Source: Methanocellales archaeon (GTDB lineage: Archaea; Halobacteriota; JAWCLZ01). Taken from it: a stretch of DNA of 24,274 nucleotides. Location: contig JAWCMA010000018.1 of assembly GCA_038850285.1 (NCBI GenBank), forward strand, positions 1 through 24,274. The letters run 5' to 3'. Positions within the stretch are counted from its first letter, which is position 1. Every line of letters starts with the position of its first letter. Of the stretch, positions 1-6,849 are shown one piece after another. Below the pieces are notes generated by a model. The model made no database searches. It was not told where the DNA came from and saw only the letters and a list, made by a program, of their open reading frames with translations. The position numbers and the translations under genes were made by a program.

Positions 1-634
1 CAAGAGGATGAATCCCGTATTTCTCCTTCACCCTCCCAGGGTCTAGATTTCTTCTAACTCTTCCCGGTGTAATTCCATTGGGTATTATGTTAAGCTTGTA
101 ATCTGGAACTTGATAGAGAAATTGAACCTCATTCCTGAGATTTAGAGAGGTAACGATTACCTGAGAGGACTCATAGCTCCCGAGCCATTCTCTATGGGCG
201 ATTTCTCTTGATTCCCACCAAGTGCCAAAGGCATTGCCATTTCGACCCCACTCAGTACTGTGAAAGGTCAATACATAGGGATAACCGCGGTGCTTTTTTA
301 AATAATTCAAAGCCATCACGGGATGCCAGTCATGGCAGTGCAGCACCTCAAATCTACCCTCTTTTTCCACCATCTCAAAGCGCCGTATCATCGCATTGCA
401 CATTCGATCCATCTGCACCACTATGCCACCGCTTTGATCATGTTCTACTCTATGGTAGTGAACGCCATTTATAACTTCATACTTGCTTTTGAATCCGATT
501 CTAGTGAAGATATGCACCTCGTGGCCTTTTCTCGCAAGAGTCTCAGAAAGCTCGGTAACGTGAGGTGAAATTCCACCTACTTTCACCGAATGCTGGCTCT
601 CCCAGCTGAACAATGCAATTTTAAGTGCTTCCAA
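1..634 (-). CDS. Glycosyltransferase family 4 (GT-B fold), N-terminal part; runs off the left edge of the window
   Basis: Not in the ORF track. Manual translation from TTG at 634 (GAGGGG SD-like sequence just upstream) is open to base 1: MEALKIALFSWESQHSVKVGGISPHVTELSETLARKGHEVHIFTR...VLHCHDWHPV...VLTFHSTEWGRNGN...IIPNGI. The GG, GHEV, HxHDW, TxHS and IPNG motifs are typical of GT4. Confidence 0.9.
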   Translation of the reverse strand, partial: MEALKIALFSWESQHSVKVGGISPHVTELSETLARKGHEVHIFTRIGFKSKYEVINGVHYHRVEHDQSGGIVVQMDRMCNAMIRRFEMVEKEGRFEVLHCHDWHPVMALNYLKKHRGYPYVLTFHSTEWGRNGNAFGTWWESREIAHREWLGSYESSQVIVTSLNLRNEVQFLYQVPDYKLNIIPNGITPGRVRRNLDPGRVKEKYGIHPL

Positions 635-643
635 TATTTCCCC

Positions 644-967
644 TCATTTCCTGAGTTTTCTGGCTATTTCCTCAAGCTCAGCAGCAAGCCGCTCTCTAGC
701 TTCTTTTCCCTTTTTCTCAAAGCTCTCTTTTGCAGTCTTTTCCACATTCCTCAAAATCTCATCCGCTATAGTATAAGTAAATGCAGCAAGTGAGATTGCT
801 CCTTCCTTGAATTTCCTCAAGCTCTCCTCAAAGGTTTCCTCTTTAGGTTTTTTTCGCTTCTCCGCGATCTCAGCCTTTACCTCGGTTAGCTCCTCTTGAA
901 GCTCCTCGAACTTTTCATCTATATATTCCTTCAAATCCTGAATGCTCATCTCTTTTTTCCCAGCCAT
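644..967 (-). CDS. Hypothetical highly charged alpha-helical/coiled-coil protein (107 aa)
   Basis: ATG-started ORF, very E/K-rich with heptad-like hydrophobic spacing and one apolar segment (GAISLAAFTYTIA); ends 9 nt before the GT4 start, so probably co-transcribed. Confidence 0.75.
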   Translation of the reverse strand: MAGKKEMSIQDLKEYIDEKFEELQEELTEVKAEIAEKRKKPKEETFEESLRKFKEGAISLAAFTYTIADEILRNVEKTAKESFEKKGKEARERLAAELEEIARKLRK

Positions 968-1071
968 GGTGATCGCTATCTAATAAACCCTCAATTGATT
1001 TAGCTCTTTGTATTTCTAGACTTGAATTGAATGGAAATCTATAGATAGATAAATGAAGCAATATATTTGGC

Positions 1072-1962
1072 TTGGTGGAATCATTGAAAACATCGCCGAG
1101 ATGCGCGCCTTGTTTGCTCTCAAGAGTTTTTTATGAAGCTGAGCTCTCCACTAAGGATCCAAAGCTGCAGTTAAAAGCAGTGAAAGCTGCTTTGAAGCAT
1201 TTAAGCGAGGGCTTGAATGAAAACTCAGTGGCTGTTAAACTATCAACCAAAGTGCATAAAGCAGTATATGAAGCACTTGGCGATTCAGATCCCTATAAAG
1301 AGAAAAAGAGAATAAGCAATGAAGTGGCAAAGAAAAATGTGCCTCTTGCTCGAAAGCTAATAAATTCAACTAGGGATAAACAAGAGGCATTTAGAAGAGC
1401 TGTTTTGCTCTCAATAATTGGAAATTCCTTTGATTTTGGCGTGCAAGGACTAGTGGTGGAGGATGCAAACTTCGAGAGCTATATGCACGGGGCATTCCGG
1501 CAGGGCTTAGGCGTGGATGATACTCCACGCATGGTCAAATTGCTTGACCGCGTGGTTTATTTAGCGGACAACTGCGGCGAAATATACTTCGACGCACTAG
1601 TTGTGGAGCAAATTAAGCGCATAAATCCAAGGAGCAGAATCGCATTCGTAGTCAGAGGCGAGCCAATTTTAACCGATGCTACTTTTGAGGATGCACTTGA
1701 AGCTGGTATTGATAGCAAAGTTGATGAACTGCTCACAACTGGCAGTGGAGCTGTGGGCATTGACATAGAAACCATTTCAGCTGAACTTTACAGCACTATG
1801 AGAAATGCAACGCTGATTATAAGCAAGGGAATGGCCAACTATGAATCAATGTCCGAATACGATTTCAAGCCCATTGCATATCTACTGAGAACAAAATGCA
1901 TTCCAATTGCAGAATCACTGGGAGTTGGCAAGGGATTGAATATTGCTAAGCTCATTGAGTAG
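1072..1962 (+). CDS. DUF89/ARMT1-like damage-control metal-dependent phosphatase
   Basis: N-terminal CAPC, DPY, IIGNSFDFG, LADNCGEIYFD, KGMANYES and TKCIPIA motifs. The true start may be GTG 1075 or TTG 1084. Confidence 0.9.
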   Translation: MVESLKTSPRCAPCLLSRVFYEAELSTKDPKLQLKAVKAALKHLSEGLNENSVAVKLSTKVHKAVYEALGDSDPYKEKKRISNEVAKKNVPLARKLINSTRDKQEAFRRAVLLSIIGNSFDFGVQGLVVEDANFESYMHGAFRQGLGVDDTPRMVKLLDRVVYLADNCGEIYFDALVVEQIKRINPRSRIAFVVRGEPILTDATFEDALEAGIDSKVDELLTTGSGAVGIDIETISAELYSTMRNATLIISKGMANYESMSEYDFKPIAYLLRTKCIPIAESLGVGKGLNIAKLIE

Positions 1963-1971
1963 GAGTAAAAA

Positions 1972-2460
1972 ATGCTTATAACCAGCACTCGGGATCCCAG
2001 CCAGCAGACTCGTATTCTTTGCAAATTGCTTGCAAGGCTATTTCAAGCCGAATACTTCAATCGAGGCAAAGCGAGTACTCGCGAGGTCTTCGCTCGAGCC
2101 ATTGAAAAAGGACATAAACACGTTTTACTAGTGGGCAGCTTCTATGGCGCTCCAGGGAGTCTAGCTTTCTACGATGGGAGGGGAAATTGCTTGCTTTCAC
2201 TGCACATTGCAATTAGCAAAGTAACTAAAGCTCGTTTTTTCCCCAGAGAATTAATTCTCGCTGGGGAGGGAAAGCTAGCTCAGCGCTTCAGTCAAATTTT
2301 AGGGCTGGGGTTAAATGGAATTAAGGAGGGCAAGCGAATGCTTGTAGTTGAAGAAAAAGCATTGAGCTTTTACGAAGGGGAAATTGAAGACCAAAAACTA
2401 TTGCTTAAGTTAAAAATCTTTAGCGTAAAATATGAGGGGAGGAATATCCTTGGGATCTAG
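1972..2460 (+). CDS. Brix/Imp4-domain ribosome biogenesis protein (archaeal)
   Basis: MLITSTRDPSQQTR...YFNRGKAS...GAPGSL pattern; conserved position upstream of pcc1-pfdB. Confidence 0.85.
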   Translation: MLITSTRDPSQQTRILCKLLARLFQAEYFNRGKASTREVFARAIEKGHKHVLLVGSFYGAPGSLAFYDGRGNCLLSLHIAISKVTKARFFPRELILAGEGKLAQRFSQILGLGLNGIKEGKRMLVVEEKALSFYEGEIEDQKLLLKLKIFSVKYEGRNILGI

Positions 2461-2704
2461 CGGTAGATATAAAGCTGAATGCGAATTTGACTTAGGGAAC
2501 GCTACTATAACTACCTTTAAATCGCTTTTGCCTGAAATCGAGGATGCCTCCTCTGAAAGAACCTATGCATCGATCTCAATGGAGGAAGGTAAAATCAAGC
2601 TAAATATAATTTCAAGCGATCTTACCTCGCTCAGAGCAGCTTTAAATACATGGCTTCGCCTGCTCAAAATAGCCTTTGACATGGCAAAGCTTAAACATAA
2701 GTGA
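2432..2704 (+). CDS. pcc1: KEOPS complex subunit Pcc1
   Basis: SLLPE...I.SSDLTSLRAALNTWLRLL signature; lies between brix and pfdB. The start may be a few codons downstream. Confidence 0.9.
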   Translation: MRGGISLGSSGRYKAECEFDLGNATITTFKSLLPEIEDASSERTYASISMEEGKIKLNIISSDLTSLRAALNTWLRLLKIAFDMAKLKHK

Positions 2705-2738
2705 ATAGAATCCATAACATAAACATAAAGGTGGTGAT

Positions 2739-3092
2739 ATGGAAGAACTACCTCCACAGGTGCAGCATCAAATCGCTCAATTGCAGCAGATTCAGCAGCA
2801 GGTGCAGGCAATCTTAACACAGAAATCCCAGATTGAATTAACACTGCGCGAGACTGAGCGTGCTCTTGAGGAACTTGAGAAGCTGAGCGATGACGCTGTA
2901 ATTTATCGAAGCATAGGCGAGCTGTTGGTTAAAACTGATAAAAACACTGTGAAAAACGATCTAGCGGAGAAGAAGGAAACTTATACCCTTAGATTGAAAA
3001 CCCTGGAGAAGCAGGAAGAGAGAATTCAAGCGAGATACAAGCAGCTTCAAGAGCAATTGAGGCAGGCACTAAGCACCATGAAGGCAGGCTGA
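2739..3092 (+). CDS. pfdB: Prefoldin subunit beta
   Basis: MEELPPQVQHQIAQLQQ...ALEELEKL...IYRSIGELLV, 117-aa coiled coil; AGGTGG SD. Confidence 0.96.
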   Translation: MEELPPQVQHQIAQLQQIQQQVQAILTQKSQIELTLRETERALEELEKLSDDAVIYRSIGELLVKTDKNTVKNDLAEKKETYTLRLKTLEKQEERIQARYKQLQEQLRQALSTMKAG

Positions 3093-3093
3093 G

Positions 3094-3345
3094 ATGGAAC
3101 CTGAAGCACTGACATCTGCGGTTTATAAAGCTATTGAAGATCATATTTTTCGAAAAGTCAAACCCAGGGATATACTTGACTTGGATATTAGAGTGAGTTT
3201 TGAAATTGAAACCCAGACTGTCAATATAGAGGTATTTCTAGACGCCGAGGACTGGATTGAGGCTGAGGAAATTGTGGAAGGAGCAATTCTTGCGGGCATG
3301 CAGTTGGCTGATAAATTGATGGAGCATGAGCGAATTCTTCAATAA
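3094..3345 (+). CDS. Conserved archaeal small protein (DUF3194-like)
   Basis: IEDHIF...DILDLDIRVSF...VNIEVFL...EEIVEGAI pattern, and conserved position after pfdB. Confidence 0.7.
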   Translation: MEPEALTSAVYKAIEDHIFRKVKPRDILDLDIRVSFEIETQTVNIEVFLDAEDWIEAEEIVEGAILAGMQLADKLMEHERILQ

Positions 3346-4258
3346 ACTCAAGCAATATCGAAATATTCTCTACCTCTGCCATATAAATGCTGATTGCGAT
3401 GCAATTGGCAGTGCATATGCACTTGCTGCTGCATTCGGAGGCACCATAGCGGTGGTTGATACTTGCAACCGCACAGCTTTGGCACTCCTCGAGGCTCTTG
3501 AAGCAAAAGTGGAGATCAATCCGGATCCAAGTGGTTTTGACTTAACAGTAATAGTTGATACCGCAACCAAAGATCTACTTGGCAATTTACAGCTGGGGAA
3601 ATATGCATTAATAGATCACCATGAGTATTCAGAGCTAATAGAGAAAGCAGAGTTCTATATACATAAAGCCGCAGATGCCACTGCCGAACTTGTCTATGAT
3701 CTTTTTAAACACAATCGCTTGCACATTAGCAAAAAAATAGCTCTAGCATTGATCGCTGGCATAGTTACCGATACTGGGCACTTCAAACACGCCACTGCAG
3801 CTAGCTTTAGAAAAGTAGCAGAGATGCTGGAGCAAAGTGGTTTGAAATTCGGAGAAGTTTTAGATATCTTCACCAGCTTGCCCATGGATATAAGCGGGAG
3901 AATTGCGATGCTCAAAGCAGTGGAAAGAGCAGCTATCACGCGGGTGAATGACTATCTCATAGCAACTTCACAGGTCTCTGCCTATCGAGATGCAGCAGCA
4001 GCTGCATTGATTACAATTGGTGCTGATATTGCATTCGTAGGAAGCGAAGAAGCTGGGGAGACTAAGATTTCTTCAAGAGCTAGAAGAGAAGTCGTGGAAA
4101 AAGGCTTGAATCTCGCGCTTATAGTGAAAACCGTGGCTGAAAAATTTGGGGGAAGTAGCGGGGGACACGAAGGCGCAGCTGCTCTATCAGCTAAAGCTAA
4201 TTTTGAAGCGGTAATTCGCGAGTGTATAGAAGAAGGGAAGAATGCACTGAAGAGCTGA
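3326..4258 (+). CDS. DHH/DHHA1 family phosphoesterase
   Basis: HINADCDAIGS, VDTA, IDHH, GIVTDTGHF and C-terminal GGHEGAA motifs. Confidence 0.93.
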   Translation: MSEFFNKLKQYRNILYLCHINADCDAIGSAYALAAAFGGTIAVVDTCNRTALALLEALEAKVEINPDPSGFDLTVIVDTATKDLLGNLQLGKYALIDHHEYSELIEKAEFYIHKAADATAELVYDLFKHNRLHISKKIALALIAGIVTDTGHFKHATAASFRKVAEMLEQSGLKFGEVLDIFTSLPMDISGRIAMLKAVERAAITRVNDYLIATSQVSAYRDAAAAALITIGADIAFVGSEEAGETKISSRARREVVEKGLNLALIVKTVAEKFGGSSGGHEGAAALSAKANFEAVIRECIEEGKNALKS

Positions 4259-4346
4259 GAGCTAAGGTAAAAAGCTAAATACTTCTTCGTAATCTTTATT
4301 CTCAACCAAACTCATAATAAATATTGAATGCACAGGGGTTAAGCAA

Positions 4347-4700
4347 ATGGGTTATGTCTATGAAACCAAGGGAGGCAATGTTAGAATCATAATCTGGGGT
4401 CGCTCAATTGGTGTAATCGATGTTAAAAAAGAGACCACTCACCGGGCATTTTTGAATGCAATAATGGTAATACAAAATTACAGAGATAATATATCGCACA
4501 TAGTGGTCTCGCCAATGATCGAACTCCATTACAGCGATAAAGCAATTACTTATTCCCCTGAGAGAAGTGTGCGCACGGTTAACATAGATGTAGAGGGCGT
4601 TAATATAAAAGATATAATTCAGGAATTGCGAGAGCGAAATATGTTTGCAATTGCAGATCAAATTACCAATGAAACCCCGGTAATAGATTTAACGAGGTAG
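4347..4700 (+). CDS. Hypothetical protein (117 aa)
   Basis: ATG-started ORF after an AT-rich promoter-like gap, 3 nt upstream of the next ORF; predicted alpha/beta pattern; no family recognised. Confidence 0.7.
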   Translation: MGYVYETKGGNVRIIIWGRSIGVIDVKKETTHRAFLNAIMVIQNYRDNISHIVVSPMIELHYSDKAITYSPERSVRTVNIDVEGVNIKDIIQELRERNMFAIADQITNETPVIDLTR

Positions 4701-4703
4701 TAA

Positions 4704-5618
4704 ATGGGCATTGTGCTCTTTAGAAATGATAGTGGAATAAGCATAAAAGAACTTAATAATTTAAGCGCTGAAATTGAAAAAAACTTGGAGTTAAAGCCAA
4801 GTATAGTTGAAATCCCCCTTAACACTTATTTTGACAGCGGCATTTTAGGAGTAAGAATTTTCGATGAATTTCAAAGATTCATTGCCCAACTTGGAATGGG
4901 CGAAACCAAGCGCATAGTTGGGGTGCTGCTTGTATCAGAGCCAGTTCCAATAGACTTCGTAGAATTCACTGATGACAAGCGCATAATATTAGCTGCGGCT
5001 AAAAGAGGAGAGGGCTTGGTAACAGCGGTTAAAATACTTCATTTACTCGGCCACGCGCTTACCCTTAGAAAAGACTATGATTACTACTTAGAGCACGGCT
5101 TTGCCCACTGTCAAGTGAAAAATTGCATAATGAATCCTGAAATTGGACACGCAGATGCAATTTCACCTGAGGGCATGTTTATCTGCAGCGATAGCCTGAG
5201 GGAGATAAAAGAGGGAATTAAATTTCTAGGCCTAGATAAAGAATTGCTGGAAATCAAACCTGCTGTGCAAGTTGAACCTGAGGTAATTGAATTTGAAAAA
5301 GCAGGCAAACCTAAGTTCTCGCTGCGCAAATTGCTTACGAGGACGAAATATAGATTGAAGCACCTTCGAGTTTTGCCAGTGAAGAAAAAAAGTAGGCCAC
5401 CCTTGAAGCAGATGAAGCAGGAGGAAATTAGCCCGCCAGCTGCATCTGCAGGAACTGGAGGAATATCAATGCAAGCTGGCGAACTTTTGGATAAAACTGG
5501 ATTAAGTGGAGATGCCCTCTTCCCCGTGGACTGGAATAAGGCTTATTCAACAAAGTATATAGCTGATATGTTGGATTATTACGTACAGCAGAGCAAGAGA
5601 AGGCAGAAAAAAGAATGA
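4704..5618 (+). CDS. Archaemetzincin-like (M54-like) zinc-binding protein lacking the catalytic Glu, with a basic/low-complexity C-terminal tail
   Basis: HLLGHALTL...AHCQVKNCIMN...FICSDS resembles HExxHxxGxxHC-x4-CxM...CxxC, but E is replaced by L; GAGGT SD upstream. Confidence 0.65.
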   Translation: MGIVLFRNDSGISIKELNNLSAEIEKNLELKPSIVEIPLNTYFDSGILGVRIFDEFQRFIAQLGMGETKRIVGVLLVSEPVPIDFVEFTDDKRIILAAAKRGEGLVTAVKILHLLGHALTLRKDYDYYLEHGFAHCQVKNCIMNPEIGHADAISPEGMFICSDSLREIKEGIKFLGLDKELLEIKPAVQVEPEVIEFEKAGKPKFSLRKLLTRTKYRLKHLRVLPVKKKSRPPLKQMKQEEISPPAASAGTGGISMQAGELLDKTGLSGDALFPVDWNKAYSTKYIADMLDYYVQQSKRRQKKE

Positions 5619-5642
5619 AGAATGAAGAATGAGGAATGAGGA
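5611..5642 (+). repeat. 7-bp tandem repeat (AAGAATG)3-AGGAATG-AGGA
   Basis: Read directly from the sequence; spans the stop codon of 4704..5618 and the SD of the following small ORF. Confidence 0.85.
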
Positions 5643-5647
5643 TATAT

Positions 5648-5764
5648 ATGCCTAGATGTGCTATTTGCAATGCAAGTATAAAGGATCCCAAGAGGATTAC
5701 CTCCTGCCCAGTTTGCGGTAAAATGATTTGCAATAAATGCATGCCCAAGCATAAATGCAGTTAA
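5648..5764 (+). CDS. 38-aa Cys-rich zinc-finger microprotein (AN1-like)
   Basis: Below the ORF-track size cutoff. MPRCAICNASIKDPKRITSCPVCGKMICNKCMPKHKCS*; GAGGA 5 nt before the ATG; spacing C-x2-C-x12-C-x2-C-x4-C-x2-C-x3-H-x-C. Confidence 0.8.
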   Translation: MPRCAICNASIKDPKRITSCPVCGKMICNKCMPKHKCS

Positions 5765-5824
5765 CCCTTGACCTTAAGTTAATTTAATATCCACCGCGAG
5801 CAACATTATCACTGGAGATAAATT

Positions 5825-6388
5825 ATGAGCATGAAGCGCTATATCGTGCAGTATACAGCTTCAAAGACAGCTTCCAAGATCTTTCAGGAATTGAAAGAAC
5901 GCGACTGCGACAATCTAAACTTCGCTGATTTACTAGATGAAATTGAGAGAGATAGAACTAAGCCCTATATAGCAGCGGATAGTGTTTTCAAAGATGCAAT
6001 TAAAGTAGAGCTGGAGAGAAGTGCGCTAACGCTCGAGCAGAGGGATAGATATAGAGAGGTATACATCAAGCCCCTCGAGGATTCCATTCAAATTACTATT
6101 TTAGATGATCGAATTTCAGGCGAGCAATGCGATGCTCTAGCTAAAGAAGTAGCTGCCCAGCTTAGCTTTGCCATCACCGGGAGAGAAATAGAGGAGATTA
6201 AGATTTTAAATGTAGTTTCAATCAACGTGTGCTCTAACTGCAATAGAGTAGTTCGAGGACTTGGCTATCTTTGCTCTGAATGCGGCCAAATCTATTGCTT
6301 TGAACACGTGCAGCCTGAGAAACACAATTGCACTGAGAAAAAAGAGGAAAAAGAAATAGCAGTCATTAGCAAGGAAAAATGCGGCTAG
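5825..6388 (+). CDS. AN1-type zinc finger domain protein with an unknown N-terminal domain
   Basis: CSNC-x10-CSEC-x4-CFEH-x5-HNC fits the AN1 consensus exactly; GGAG SD upstream. Confidence 0.85.
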   Translation: MSMKRYIVQYTASKTASKIFQELKERDCDNLNFADLLDEIERDRTKPYIAADSVFKDAIKVELERSALTLEQRDRYREVYIKPLEDSIQITILDDRISGEQCDALAKEVAAQLSFAITGREIEEIKILNVVSINVCSNCNRVVRGLGYLCSECGQIYCFEHVQPEKHNCTEKKEEKEIAVISKEKCG

Positions 6389-6849
6389 TGGTAAATTTGA
6401 GCTTTAGAATAGGTGTAATTGGATCAAGTGCAAGTATACCTCGCCACGAAGCCCTTGCTTATGAAGTGGGAAAACTCATTGCTGAAAAAGGCTGGGTACT
6501 TATTTGCGGCGGCTTAAGCGGTGTAATGGAAGCAGCGTGCAGAGGCGCCCTGGAAAAAGGTGGCTTAACAGTTGGCATAATTCCAAGCGATGGAGAGGAT
6601 GCAAATCCATATGTTAAGATCCCAGTGATCACTGGCATAGGTTATGCTCGAAATATTATAATCGTGAAAAGCTCGCAAGCACTAATAGCAATAGGCGGGG
6701 AATTTGGTACTCTATCGGAAATTGCAATTGCACTTAAACTTAAAAAACCAGTCATTGGACTTGAAACCTGGGATATAAAAGGTATTTTAAAGGCAGCAAC
6801 GCCTGAGGAAGCCATTCAAATGGTCGAAATAGCTTTAATAGAGCGATAA
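6379..6849 (+). CDS. LOG/SLOG family protein (TIGR00725-like)
   Basis: IGVIG, ICGGLSGVMEAACRGA, TGIGYARN, IAIGGEFGTLSEIA motifs. The start may be slightly downstream. Confidence 0.92.
   Translation: MRLVVNLSFRIGVIGSSASIPRHEALAYEVGKLIAEKGWVLICGGLSGVMEAACRGALEKGGLTVGIIPSDGEDANPYVKIPVITGIGYARNIIIVKSSQALIAIGGEFGTLSEIAIALKLKKPVIGLETWDIKGILKAATPEEAIQMVEIALIER

Noticed and set aside
208-793. Plus-strand ORFs 208..474, 323..568 and 590..793
   Set aside because: Antisense shadows of the minus-strand GT4 and the 644..967 gene; no recognisable motifs.
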